Assembly: GCA_964016885.1 (NCBI GenBank)
Contig: OZ024743.1
Location: forward strand, 197,098,001-197,162,000
DNA: 64,000 bases
From: Eledone cirrhosa
Lineage: Eukaryota
Direction: 5' to 3'
Below are positions 12,293 to 25,889 of the stretch, piece after piece. The translations under genes were made by a program, and so were the position numbers. Numbering within the stretch: the first letter of the stretch is position 1; the number at the start of each line of letters is the position of its first letter. A model generated the notes under the pieces. The model searched no databases and was not told the DNA's origin. It saw only the letters and a program-made list of their open reading frames with translations.

Positions 12293-12808
12293 CAGTCCAG
12301 AACGGGAGCTGATTCTTCCTCTATATCTCTTTCTCATTTCCTTTCTATCACTTTCCTTCTCTTCTAGAACAAATTTGCTATGTTCAGACCAGGAGAGGGA
12401 TGGGCTCTGTCAGGTTTAAAATGTCCAGTGCCCCTATGACAAGAGTTATGGGTCATGAAGAGAACATGAAGGACTGTAATATTAAATTATGTGGCTTTCA
12501 TTTAATCTATGGGTGAATTTGGCAATGAATATGTAAGTCAAATCAAACATTATTGAGGCCATGTCTTATGAAGTTTATATATGGTGCAAGCATTGTCATA
12601 GTTTTAGGTTCATTCCAACCGTGAGGTACCTAGAGAAAATGTATTCTACTGCAGTCTCATGTTGACTAGTGCTTTGAGAAGGAAATTTGGTAAAGGAAAC
12701 TGTGCAGAAGTCTGGCATGTGTGTGAGTTTGTGTCAGTATTTTCCTTTATAACACTCAGTAACTAGCACTGTTTAAGTTCTGTAACTTAGCAGTTTGACA
12801 AACAGAGA

Positions 12809-13090
12809 TCATCATCATCACCATTCTACGTCCACTTTTCCCTGCTTGCCAGGGTGGGACGGGAACTGATTCTGGCTTGATTTCTACAGCTGGATGCCCT
12901 TCCTAACACCAACCTCATTTACAGTGTGGGCTGGGTGCTTTTTTTGCCGTGGCACCTCCACACCACTTTGCAGTGGAATAATAGGGACCCCAGTCCCTAT
13001 CATCTCGTTTCTACAGCTGAGTGAACTGGAGTAATGTGAAATAAAGTGTCTTGCTCAAGGAAACAACCCATCACCCGGTCTGAGAATTGA
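12809..13090 (-). mobile_element. 5'-truncated SINE: tRNA-SINE body joined to the RTE-shared 3' domain and (GAT)n tail
   Basis: The 5' part matches the SINE at 9221-9441. The 3' part is near-identical to LINE positions 29025-29150. Flanked by a probable GAGATCA duplication. Confidence 0.8.
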
Positions 13091-13381
13091 GATCAATAAA
13101 ATAAATACTGGTTTTAAAACTAAGTACTGGAGACAATATGATTGACTAAACCTTTAAAATTGAGACCCCATCATGACCGTAGTGTAATGACTGAAACAAG
13201 CAAAAACATAAAAGAATGAGATGACCTTCTCTTGATACTGACCATTTAACTTAAAACAAAACAATTCATGCTTGCTTCTCAGCAAGCAGAATTGAAAGAA
13301 ATATTAGTTTGAAATCATGTTTCTTTAATTATTTGAACCACAGACTCTTTCTAAGAGATTAACTCCTCAAATGTTCTAGAG

Positions 13382-13673
13382 CAAGAATGGGCAACCTTTT
13401 TCGAGAAGTGGGCCACAGGAGATATGGCTCATCATCAGGCAGGTCGCAAGTGCTAATTTACAATTGTGCCCACATTAAAAAAAAGGGGCAGTAACTCAGG
13501 TTGTTTTGATTTGTTTCTTCAGAATTTGTACGTGTTGTTTTCCTCGATCGTAAAAATGATAGAAAGATAAATTACAACTGAAAAGTTGGAGTAAAAAAAT
13601 CAGAAAGATTTCACTTAGGTGACTTAGGCGAGCCATTCAGAAAGCTTTGTGGGCCGCAGGTTGCCCATGATTG
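13382..13673. mobile_element. hAT-family MITE
   Basis: Perfect 8-bp target duplication TTCTAGAG at 13374-13381 and 13674-13681. Imperfect TIRs CAAGAATGGGCAACCT / AGGTTGCCCATGATTG. Confidence 0.9.
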
Positions 13674-15708
13674 TTCTAGAGTGAAGAAAAACATTTTCTA
13701 ACATAGAATTAACTAAATTTTATAATCTAGATTATGTTATGTACTCTCATGTGCTAGAGCATGACCACAGCCCACTATCTGAAATAAGTAAAAGAGTTTA
13801 CTATTATTATTATCTTCACTTTAGCTGATAACTCATGATTTACATACAACTAACACACAGAGAACGACAATTTGAAACTATCCAGGGACAGCAATAACCT
13901 TTTTATGGCTTAATAATTGACAGCTTTTAAGAAATACATTCATAAATATATGGACCAGATTTGAAAATTCAGACCCTCACCCCACCACAAAAAAAAAAAA
14001 AAAATGATTAGTTCCAAAATACCAATTTTAGAATTACTAACAGGTTATCACTTACACACAACATTTAAATGAGAAAACGTGAATGATTTGTATCCTCTAT
14101 GTTGTTTAACCATTGGCAGTTTTCTTTAAATACTTCTTCTGAATAAAATTTCAGATGTAAAAATGATTTAGTGAAGAATTATACTATCCATGAAATTTTA
14201 TTTAGTAGAATTGTTTATAAAACCAATGCAGACATATGAATTAGATATTTTCACAGAAGCATAGTACTGGTGATAAAAAGAAAAGGCACACTAAAATTAG
14301 TACAGGAATGTATATAAAAGATCAAAGATATTTTCATGAAAAGGACAGCACAATATAATTTTAGCATATTGTTTTCTGTTTTCCAACAGTAGTATGAGTG
14401 AGAAAGTAATAACTACACAGAATACTATGTCACTAACAAAACATTATTTCTTGCAAGCAATGAATAACCAGGTAAAATGTACATATACAAGTTCTTATTT
14501 AGAAATACAGGTTCATAGTGTCTTACTTTCCCCTTAGCACTCAATAAAGATCAAACAAAGACGTCAATCAAATCAGTTTACGTATTGCTGCATGATTTGT
14601 CAAACGGACAGGAAATTCCAAGCCTGTGTAATTCCGTGAGCAGGCTAGGAAGATCACTTTAACTGAAATTAGAAAGTCGTTGCTCACATGAATACCAAGG
14701 AAATCAATTGGGTTTGTTTGCAGGAAAATGACTGCAACAAACAATAGGCTAGGAAATTGAAAAGGAAAAATTAGCAGAACCTCAGGTCAGAGTTGACTGG
14801 TTTTCTATAGCTTTTGTGCCTTTGTTGTTTTATCTTTTTTAATCCTAGCGTGTTCTAGAGGAAATCCCATACCATGTTAATTCTGAAAATTACAGCCACC
14901 AAAATAAGTAAATGGGGAATCTTTATATTCTTTGCTAGTGAGGAATCACAGCTCCAGCACTAATATGCTTCTGATGGCAGAGCACCAAAACACACTTGAA
15001 ACTGGCCATTATATTAACAGCAAAGAAGATATGCCCAGTTATTAGAATGTCCCGATTCCACAGTGACCACAATCAAACTTCCAAACAATTCTGCAGAATT
15101 TATTGAATCTATTTTGATCCTTTCAAACAATATTTCCAATCTATCTGAGGATATGGCTTTTTTCTCCCTCTATCCTAATCTTTATTGGCACATATAAGAC
15201 TTCTATTATGACAGTGTAAGTTATCAGTTTTATTGATAAAAATCAATCTTTTCATAGGATCTTAGAATGGTGAAAGGCACTGGGAATAATAAAACATACA
15301 TTAAAGAAATGCCAGAAGAATAAATGAAAGGTTAGCCATAAACTAATTGATCATATTGGTTTGATTCCTAAAGAAATTAAAAAAGGTAAAAAAGAACAAC
15401 AACAAAGAAATAAAATATTACTGACTCTACAATCTACAGACGAACTGAAAGAGATTCTATGAAATTATGAAAATGCTTCTAAAAGCTTGAAATTCAGTTT
15501 TTCCTTGTAGTTTGGAAGCAAATGAACCAATTGAAAATATGGATAAAAAGCTATCTGAATAGTTCTTAGTGTTAAAATAAAGTTGTCTTTTTTTTTTTCA
15601 ATATATGATGGAGTAGTTATGGCTAGAACATCTTTGATAAAAAAATCCAGTTAGATCATTGCTGACCTAGAGTTAAATAAATACTTAAAGAACACTTTAC
15701 TCTCTTAA

Positions 15709-15906
15709 CCCTTTAGCATTTACATTACTCTATATTTACTATTGTATTTTCACAGTAAAGGCTTTATTTCACAAGATATTGAATCAATGAGATTTTGATA
15801 TTATTTATTTTGAGAACAATACCTTAACATCAGTATGAGCAGCCAGTTTGAACAGAAAGAAGTAAGAGAATTCTGGCCGGATACGGCCGGTTTAAATGCT
15901 AAAGGG
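15709..15906 (+). mobile_element. piggyBac-type MITE, family 1
   Basis: TTAA on both sides. TIR CCCTTTAGCATTTA / TAAATGCTAAAGGG. At least seven related copies occur in the window. Confidence 0.9.
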
Positions 15907-17039
15907 TTAAAAAGAAAGAGTGCATTGAAGAATGTAATTTTAGATACACCATATCAGAATAACAGATGCAATGGTCAAGACTGGAATATTTTGGAATATA
16001 GGTCGATTGGATTGGGCTAATTTGGGGCAAAATAGCAATAATTTCCAACATAATACTCCATGAGATCATGAGAATCATATTAACAATACTAAGCATTACT
16101 TATCTCCTAAAAACTTAAATTACAGTAGACACGTCTACTATGTTATAAGCTGCTCCTGATTTAATGAGCTATCAGATGGTCTTTTGGCTGCTATTTCTTG
16201 TAGATTTTCATGATAAATATCATCTCTTTGATTTGAAGAATACTCCTCTAACGAAACCATGAATTCTTCAAACATGGGTCTTTTCCAATAGTTGCTTCTT
16301 CCATGAATGAAACCATGGTCGGGAGATCAATGCATAAGTGAGATAGACAAGACTAACATTTTTGGGGTCTGTCTGGCTTATACTCCTATAAATAGAGTTT
16401 TTCCACTTAAATTAAATATGTAATTATATACATATATATATATATAAATATGTATATATTATTGCTATTTTGCCCCAAATTAGCCCGATCCAATAGACCT
16501 ATATTCCAAAATATTCCAGTCTTGACCATTGCATCTGTTATTCAGATATACATATACTATACATATACACAACACACCACACACATTCTCTCTCTCTCAC
16601 ACACACCCACCCACCCACATATATAGTTCTCTACTAAAATGTAATTTCAATATTGTTTCTTCTTTCTGATCAGAATGTAACACTTCAAGTAAAGTTCCAA
16701 GAAATCAAAAGTGTCAAAACCTTCAATAACAATAATATATATTAAAAAAAAACACACTAACCACACAAAAAACGCCCCAAACAAACAAAAAGAACAAAAA
16801 AAAAAAAAGCAGTCCAGTTTAATAGTATGGTGTTTACCTTGATGAAAGACGCCTACCAAATAGTTGTTAAAGAAAATCAAACAAAAATATTTACTGGCTA
16901 TAATAGTTTTATCTAATATTTGTAATTGCTGTTTCTCTGAACGGGACACTAATAACAAGAGAGCAGTTATGATAAGTGAATACCTCCAACTTATAATTTA
17001 GTTTATATGTCTTTTTATGACAGCATCTCAGTTGAGTCA

Positions 17040-17400
17040 TTAGAGAGGTGTGAGGTGAAGTGAGGTGGGAGAGGTGAGAGAGGGAGAGAATCGATTAAAA
17101 ATATATTGATATATTGACATTAAGTAGAGAGTCTAAGAGAGAGAGAGAGAGACTAAAAGGGAGAGCTTAAGACAGACAGAAAGAGAGAGAGAGTGTGTGA
17201 AGGAGAGCCTAAGAGAGAGAGAGAAAGGGAGAGCCTAAAAATGATAGAATGAAAAGGAGAGCCTGAGAGAGTGAAAGAAAGAGCCTAAGAGAGGGAGAGA
17301 GAGGGTGAGAGGGAGAGAGAGAGGGGGAGAGGGAGAGAGAGAGAGGGAGAGAGCCTGAGATAGAGCAAAAGTCTGAAAGAAAGAGAGAGAGAAAGAGAAA
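17040..17400. repeat. Polypurine (GA)n tract with recurring GGAGAGCCT(AA) motif
   Basis: Direct reading: a degenerate minisatellite embedded in GA repeats. Confidence 0.8.
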
Positions 17401-17639
17401 ATGGGGGATAGGTTATGTGGAGGTAGGGTGGTGATAGAAAAAAAAAAAAAGAAACTGTTATTGATCTTTCATAGTAATAGCTCAATAAATGAGTGGAGAA
17501 ATAAAGATGTATAGTAATGAAATTAGATCACAACTCTCTACAACGGACTATATCTATAAATCGAGTTTTTTGTTTTTTATGCTTTGTAACTTTTTTCCTA
17601 TATTCTATTCTCTCTTCTCTTCTATTCTCGGCCGCCATC

Positions 17640-18020
17640 TCCATATATATATGAATATGTATGTATATGCGTATATATATATACATATAGAAATATGTAT
17701 GTATAATGTGTATATATATGTATATATATGAATATGTATATATATACATATATATATATACACACATGTGTGTGTGTGTGTGCATATATGTATGTATGGG
17801 TGGGTGCATGTGTGCAGATATACGTATATAAACACACACACACACATATATATATATATACACACACACACATATACATACATCAATGTGAGCATTCATA
17901 CATTTATTAATACATATATTTATGTAAATGTATATGCACACACTTTCTCATAAATATGAAGATATATACCTAAACACTTCCCGACACACACATACAAACA
18001 TACACACACACACACACATT
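17640..18020. repeat. Compound (TA)n/(TG)n/(CA)n microsatellite
   Basis: Direct reading of the sequence. Confidence 0.85.
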
Positions 18021-18479
18021 CATAAACATATTTAAATATGTTACACAGGTAGATGCAATGCAAACGTGAAGACTGATATATAATTATATAGAAAGCTGGT
18101 TCAAACTCATTTATAGACAAGATGAAAGAGTTAAGTTCTTTAACCCTACTTTTTGACAGCCAAGTTTAAATGAATAAATAAATAAGTATAAGATTTAATG
18201 ATAGAAGGAAAACATTCACAGTTTCAATTGCTCAATTAACCCTTCTGACACAACAACACATACATATGACATTTACATGTTATCACTTAACTTTTTGACA
18301 TTCTGTAATGATTTAGCAGAAAATATCTAAAAACGGGTTTGTCAATTCAAATGTTTATAGTATCTTTACTAGCAAACAGGTAGTTGTGAAAATTTGCACA
18401 GTTTTTTTCAGGTTTGCATGGTTTGGATGGACTTTTCTTCAAAATAATCTCATGACTTGTTGTGGTATATTATTTTGCC

Positions 18480-18910
18480 ATTATTTTGTGAAGTTCAACA
18501 TTCTGAGATTAACCTTCACCACATTATCCCACATCTTCTTTCATCTTCTTCTGTAGTTTACTTCCACTTGGATTGCTTGGCATATCTTTATTTCATTGTT
18601 ATCATCAATACACATCATATATCCATGTCAGCGCCCTATTCTTTCTTGTTGATTCCTCTTACACTCCATGCTCAACCATTCATAAACACAAACTTTACAC
18701 ATCTAGTGCAAAAAGCTTGCTTCATTTCTTTCTAGCCTTTGCACCACCTTTACATTCAATGTAGATGTTTTGCCCTCATAAAAACTGTACTTTATAGACA
18801 AGCATTATACAATCTTCCCTTCACTTAGAGTGATAATCCCTTTGTTGCCAGCAGAACTAATACCTTCCTGAACTTTTGCCAGCTCATCCTTACTCAAACT
18901 ACTATACTGG
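18480..18910 (-). mobile_element. Degenerate RTE LINE fragment (C-terminal part of the ORF)
   Basis: Minus strand gives VRMSWQKFRKVLVLLATKGLSL*VKGRLYNAC and QRLERNEASFL, homologous to the end of the LINE ORF at 29300-29720. Contains many stops and frameshifts. Confidence 0.8.
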
Positions 18911-18955
18911 TAAACACACTTATGTAAATGTAGTACATAGTTGAGCATCTAGTCT

Positions 18956-19505
18956 CATCATCACTGCTTTACATCTATTTCCATGCATGCATGGGTTAGA
19001 CAGGTTTTCACATTCTGAGGATAGACAAACGGGGCAGATGATTGTGTCATACTCATATGTTCCATTTTGGCATGGTTTTTACAAGTTGATGCCCTTCCTA
19101 ACACCAACCACTTATGGCATATGCCAGGTTCATTCACCACCACCACCACCCAAAAGGGTGGACTAGGTGCTATTTTGTGGTACCAATGCCACCGATTTAC
19201 AGTGTGGGCTGCGTACATTTTATCATGACACCAGCAGCACCACCACCACCACTTTACAAAGTGGGCTAGGTACATTTTATCGAAGCACCAGCACTACCAC
19301 TTTACAGTGTGGGCTTGGTGCATTTTATCGAAACATTAACACCTCCACCACCATTTTACAGAGTGGTATAGGTGCCTTTTATCAAAGCACCGGCACCACA
19401 ACATTACAGTGTGGGCTGCGTGCATTTTATCAAAGCATCAATACTAGCACAAGCACTTTACAGATTAGGCTGAGTACATTTTATCGTGATACCAGCCTTT
19501 CCACT
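18956..19505 (-). mobile_element. SINE/LINE 3'-domain copy with about seven tandem 45-55-bp subunits
   Basis: Tail and GATGCCCTTCCTAACACCAACC core, followed by repeated TTACAGTGTGGGCT.GGTGCATTTTATC units. Confidence 0.8.
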
Positions 19506-19928
19506 TTCTAATGAAATAATCATCTGTGAATGTTTCTTATTTTGTAAAGACACTTGTGAACAATTCTGTATGATGTTAAAATGCTTCTTACTATATAATT
19601 TGGTAATGATGATGCAGGTGGACCTGAGTTGCTATTTTGATCTCCTGAAACACTGACTATTGTATCATTTCTTATACGCACCAATTTCTTTAGTGACCAT
19701 GGGAAAAAAAAAAAAGCTGTTGGAATTCTAATTAGAGAACATTCTGTGTCCTTTCTCAGTCTTCTACACATTGAACATTCATGACAGCTTCCCATCTAAA
19801 TACCAGAGATGGAATATAAAACTTCAGATGGACAAAACAAAAGAAAAAAAACATGTAAAAATATAGTTATGATAATCTCGGCTATTTCATGATCAGTTAG
19901 TTGAACAAATTGTTTCTTAATAACTTAC

Positions 19929-20039
19929 AGGAAGAGAAACCCTTTGAGCACTGCTGTTCATTCGATTCATATTTTCCATGGGTCGGAAGAGACGAATTCT
20001 ATTATCATGACCGCGGTAGGCCTTCATTCCCTCAAAAAG
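19929..20039 (-). CDS. BCAT: Branched-chain amino-acid aminotransferase, internal coding exon (111 bp, phase 0/0): [37 protein letters not shown]
   Basis: Acceptor CTCTTTCTTTCTCGTTGCAG, donor GTAAGT. Carries the class IV aminotransferase/BCAT motifs FEG(M/L)KA and RLFRPxxNxxRM. Confidence 0.96.
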
Positions 20040-20356
20040 CTGCAACGAGAAAGAAAGAGGTGTGAAATACTGCGAAAAATTACTAATGAACCTCGCTTCA
20101 CACCTGAATTGTTTCCATTGAATGGAGAATGTAGCTTTCATAATAAAAGATATACAAGTCATTATCTGAATAGAACAATCATAAAAATGAACAATGAACC
20201 CGTCTTTCTATCGCCCACATATATACTCACTGCTAGCCTGAACTTACCAGCTTTATAAAATAAATGATCCTTTATTTCATTGTTGCAAAGCTGCCTGTAT
20301 TATAATACATAGATGCTTCACTAGATAGTCAGTAAATATTAATGTTTGGGAAAATT

Positions 20357-20359
20357 TAT

Positions 20360-20396
<37 letters not shown>

Positions 20397-20554
20397 CATT
20401 TATGCACATACACATACACACCTGTATATATACATTTATGCACATACATACACATGCACACACATATTTATACATAAATATATATATATATATACATATC
20501 CACACACATACACACCCACATTTATACATAAATATACATACACATATATATATA
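20357..20554. repeat. (CA)n/(TA)n compound microsatellite
   Basis: Direct reading. Supplies the TA target of the adjacent mariner element. Confidence 0.85.
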
Positions 20555-21441
20555 CGAGGTGTGTCAGAAAAGTTCCAGGACTGATGTCACAAAAGATTTA
20601 TTTCAAACCCAAACTTCACACTAAGAGTTTTCTCCTTCAAAGTAATCCCCCTGGAGTCTAATATTCTTTTCCATCCTTTTCTGCCATGTTTGCATGCACT
20701 CCTGGAAGGATTCTTCCGGTATCCTCCGCAGTTCCGTTGTCACAACCTTTTTGATGTTGTCCACATCTTCAAAACGGGTCCCCTCCAGGTCGTACTCTGA
20801 GATCCAGGACTCATCATCGGTGATGACTGTCCCTAGCAAGTCTGGTTCGGTTTCAAAATGCTCGAGGATGACCTGGCACACTTGCATGCGTCGACCCTTC
20901 TGGTCATCGTTCAGCAGTTTTGGCACCATCTTCTCGCAGACTATCCGCATGTCCAAATCTTCAGTGACAATCTTCCAGACGCTGTCCCGATTCATGCCCA
21001 GCTCATTTGCCATCAGTCGAACAGTCAGCCGATAATCGCTATGCACCATCTGCCTGACGCGCCCAACGTTGACCTCAGTCCTGGTTGTTGAGGGCCTTCC
21101 GCTCCTGGGAGTCATCTTGCACCACTCAAAAATACGTGAGCGTGACATTGTCTCATCTCCATACACTTGCTGCAGCAATCCCAGTGCTTCTGACGGAGTT
21201 TTCCCCAACCGTACCAGAAACTTCAAGTTTGTTCGTTGCTCTGTGCTCATTGCTTGACGACCTGAAACAGAGGACATGTATATAAAATTATGAAGAAAAA
21301 AGTTTGATCTCTGCAGAGAGCTAAGATTACAGTTACATACTCCAGGGGGATTACTTTGAAGGAGAAAACTCTTAGTGTGAAGTTTGGGTTTAAAATAAAT
21401 CTTTTGTGACATCAGTCCTGGAACTTTTCTGACACACCTCG
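20555..21441 (-). mobile_element. Internally deleted mariner element with 103-bp inverted ends
   Basis: TA duplication on both sides. Termini CGAGGTGTGTCAGAAAAGTTCCAGGACT. 20555-20657 is the reverse complement of 21339-21441 with one mismatch. Confidence 0.95.
20621..21250 (-). pseudogene. Truncated mariner transposase, open 209-aa frame (HTH region kept, most of the DDD domain deleted)
   Basis: MSTEQRTNLKFLVRLGK...RSGRPS...MVPKLL...TDDESWISEYD jumps directly to GTRFEDV...GDYFEG. The HDNA and YSPDLAPxD motifs are absent. Confidence 0.85.
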
Positions 21442-24224
21442 TATATACACATACATATACACACACATGTATATACACATACGCAAACATACGTACATAC
21501 ATATATATGTAAATATATGATTGTAGAAATGTGCATATACAGACACAGAGCTGCACACAGATATACACAGACATTCCTCTAGCCTATATAGACAAGTATT
21601 GGTAACTAGATTTTTCCTTACACAGTGCAGAAAGCAAGATGTGACACTCCTCTTTATCATTTCTTTACTTGGAATATTTTGACACAACAACCCACCACCA
21701 CCACCACCTTTCACACACACGCACATATACTGATGGTCATAGACTCCCCACCGCTGTCAAGAATGATGTATGAGTGTTCAGTAACAAAGGGTAAAATATA
21801 TAATCTAACTGAAGTAAAAACAGAATTGACAAAAAGTTGGTAAAATATGGTAACAGTGAATTAAATTGATAAAATTAATGAAAACAAATTAACTTAAACC
21901 CTAGTGGCTGATTGAGATCAACTTCTGGAATGAGAGTGACTGTCAAAACCTACAAGTGTGGTTAAGGGTATTATATTTTAACTTATGTATTATTGTCCTT
22001 AAGCTTTTTTTTTTATTATTTACTATTAACAGTTAAGATCTGTAACCAAGCAGACAGATCTAACAGACAAGTTCATTCCCTACATGAAGTAAGGAGCAAA
22101 GCATGTTCTTATGCTTCAATCACCTTTTCTCAAAACTGTTAGTTGTATGAAAGTCCACACCACACCAAGCTTGATGTTTGAATGGTAAGTTCTCTTAACT
22201 GAAATAGCTTCAGACTACATATCTTCTTCCTCTGTTTAATATGAATTTTTCACACTAGCATGGGTTAGACGAGCTGTCCCATTGTGTGACAAGCCAGGTA
22301 AGATGACCATATTTTGCTCATGCAGAACTGATTTGGGATTGGATTCTATGACTGGAGGCCTTCCCAATGCCAATGTGGCAAACATATCTTCCCAACATTC
22401 CCTGTCATATGATGGATAACATTCCAGTAAAGATATATAGACAATTTTTCTGTTCTCATTTACCCTGATAACATATTAACTTATATGAACCAATGAGGGA
22501 GCTTCTGCAAGGTCACATAGCTTGCTATAAATAGGTTTATAAAAAGAAAGGTAATTCAGAGAATATAGTCCCAGGTACATTATGTATGAAAAAATATGAC
22601 AGAACATGCTCATTGTTGGAATGCCTTTGATTATGTCTGCAGAGTAAGGGCTAACCACAGGGCAAATAAACAAAACTACCATACAATTGGTGGAAAATAA
22701 CTGAAGGAGAATGTAGTGTCAGTTATAAAGCATTGACTCAAGACTCTGATATATAACACATAATCCACTTAGCCTTCTTGACCTCTAATAAGGTTGAATG
22801 AAAATAACAATAAAATAACAACAAAACAAACAAACAAACAAAAAATCAAGAAAAAGAAAAAGAACAACACAGGGAATATTCATCCACTGTTTGAAACATT
22901 AGTGTGCAATGAACTACTATCCTGGTAGGTTCCTTCTGTGAGAGTCTTGGACAGTTTTATTCATCGCTAGTTCAACCTCAATAATAACTTTCAGTAGCTA
23001 AACCACCGACACATGAATGAAGACAAATGATACATTGAAAATGTATAAGAAAAATTGAGGATGACGGGAGTGGGTGGGACTGGAGGCTCTATAACAAAAA
23101 TAACAGAATAATACATACTAATTTGCTGCCTATTAAATTGGATTTGTCTTTTGACAACTGAAGACATAACGATAGTCACATTAAACAGATTATATAGAGA
23201 AGCCAATAAGCATGGTTATGTGGATGAAGATAAAATAGAAATTGAAAACAGATTATTTCAAGATGAGAACAGAAGGAGAGTGGTGCCAGGGGAAAGTAGG
23301 TTCAGTTGGGTTATCAAACATATTGTACAGGTCAGTTCATGCTAATTGATGCCACCACTATTGGGAACATATTACAATATTTCCTATATGCTAAAATCAA
23401 TCCCTCTTTACAACGAGTGAAGCTTAAAAAGCAGTAAATGTCATTAAAAACCAACATAGCCATTATGGTCAATGAAGAATTGTTGCAGAACCAGTTTTCC
23501 ATAGAACTAAGCTAGCTTTGATAAGCAGAGCTTACCAATAGCAAACAATCTGCACTAATTAATAGTGATAGGTCCAGACTATAGCTAGAAGTTCAAGCCA
23601 ACCAGATGCCTCTTAACATAAAGAATGTTACATCTCTCTGCTAATCCCAGTGATCTTAAAATTCTATTCAGTCACTGAAGACAACCAAAATTCTGCACAA
23701 TAGCCTTTAAGTGCATCAGATATATTTGGCAGTAGTTTAATTATACACAGGACAATGTCAGCCAAATTTCTATGGGGTCATCTCCTCTACTTGGAAATGG
23801 TATCTACTTTATGGCAGACAGTGAAGAGTCTGCAGTTTAGCTAAGACATTATCAAAAACAAACAACTCAGACATAAATCAATTTGATAACTGGCTTAAAG
23901 GGTCTTTAGGTCTGATATTTCTTTTAAAAGTAGTTTTCTTAAAGATGTAAGGAGCCAACAATTGAAAATCAAAGATGCACTGAAAGCAATTTTCAGTTGC
24001 AAATAATTATGTTTAGTAAAAGGTATTCATTTCTCTGAACTGGAAAAAAATCTTTAAATTACCCCTATAAATACTTGATAACAGTGTAATTTATATTTAT
24101 TATATAAATATAAAAAGAGATCACTGACTAAATTCTTGAATGGGCATAACATATGTCGGCAAATTGACCAAGGCCAGTGTGTATGATTGTGTATGTATGT
24201 GTTTATATATATATATGTGTATTA

Positions 24225-24269
<45 letters not shown>

Positions 24270-24507
24270 CATATATGTGTGTGTGTGTGTGCATATGTTT
24301 ATATATTTGTATATATGTGTGTGACTCTAGTAAATTATATCTTATTTATGGCCATTTTTCCTTAAGAAAAATGTCAAAGTGGTACCTACAGTTCAGTAAA
24401 CATTACTTTAAGAATAGTGGCTGCTGGCTGAATATACAAATGGTGACATAAGGATTTGAAACATCATGCTTATGCAGTTTACATCAGTTTCTTTCTCTCT
24501 TTTTTAA

Positions 24508-24733
24508 CCTTTTTGATACCAACCTGATACAAACTGCCCTGGATTTATGATGCAAAACTCCTCATTTAAAAATGTTTATCCTTATATTAAAACCTTCCAT
24601 CATAATTTTATTTTATAAATTTTTTATTAAGTAATGTTCTAAATATTTTATTGAATTCCTCAAACTTTTAGGTTATTTTAAAAATTAATTAAAACACATA
24701 GTGTGTTTCATTAGAAATATTGTAATAAAAGGG
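24508..24733 (+). mobile_element. piggyBac-type MITE, family 2
   Basis: TTAA flanks with termini CCTTTTTGATACCAA / TAATAAAAGGG. Related copies lie at ~3980-4220, 27280-27509, ~39720-39925, ~40430-40648 and ~61430-62000. Confidence 0.75.
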
Positions 24734-25889
24734 TTAAGCTTACAGATATAGCAGTGAAATATCTTAGAAAAACCAGGCAGTATCAAAATTACAAACTACA
24801 ACCCATGTCACTGGTGCTTAGTGTTAGAAATATGGTAAAGAAAGAGAAACATTCTTAATGTATTATATAGGAAACTGCATTAAAAATATATTAAATGGTG
24901 TGAAACCCACTTATTCAGCAGTGAAATATTTTAGAAGAAAAAGGCAGTATGAAAATGAGATGCTACAATCCATGACTCAAGAATTGAGAACCATACCTAC
25001 ACAAAATTATTATCTTATTGCATAGAAATACAGATTTCTTTGGAACAAAATTCTAAGTTTCTGTTTAGCCCAAGGTCAAAATTGACCAACAGGTTTGTCA
25101 TCAAATATGTTCCAACTATGATTATCCTGTTGTTTTTATTTATGTAGGTGGTGCATATCTAGGACTACATAATTATGTGTCCTTTTTTGAAGTGGTAGGA
25201 AATGATTTGAAGGAAATTTGGTTGCAGTTTCTTACCAATTGAGCTACTACATAAGGCTTCCTTGGTAGTTCATAAAGGAAGTGGGGATAACATTGGGTGT
25301 GGTTTCTGTGCCTTTCTTGCATTCAGTAGCATTGTTTGGGAAAAACATTGACTTCACACACTGAAATTAAAATGTAATCACAGACATGGCTCCCAGCAAA
25401 TTTACAACCCATGCTAGCGTGGAAAATGGACGTAAAATGATGATGTTGATCAATAAAATATGCTCTATACTTGTTAAAAACACATTGGTTTCTAAATTAG
25501 GCACAAAGCCAACAATTTTGTTGGGCATGGATAAGTGGATTACATCGCCCATGGTGTTTGACTGCTACTTTGTTTTATCGACCCCAGCAAGATGAAAGAC
25601 AAATTAACCATGGTAGGATTTGAACTCAGAATCTCAAGGGCTGTAACTGAATGTCTTGGGGCATTTTGTCCAACTCTCTAATGATTCTGTCAATTGAGCA
25701 CCTTTGGTTAAAATAAGGATTTGCATTGTCTACAGTTAAAGGATTAAACACCAGCACATATAAGAATCCCAGAGAATGCTGGGTTTGAACTAATAACAAA
25801 ATAACCTAAGATAGTTTCTTAATAGTTTCTAAAAACTAACATCCTCCTATTGGATGAGATAATGTAAAAGTACAAAGTTGCAGTGCTAC

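Noticed and set aside
14500-15200. Possible very old LINE reverse transcriptase remnant on the minus strand
   Set aside because: Only a vague FLGI-like motif; I cannot support it without a search.
19917-20162. Treating the full 81-aa ORF as the gene
   Set aside because: Only 19929-20039 is BCAT-like and bounded by splice sites; the rest is intron.
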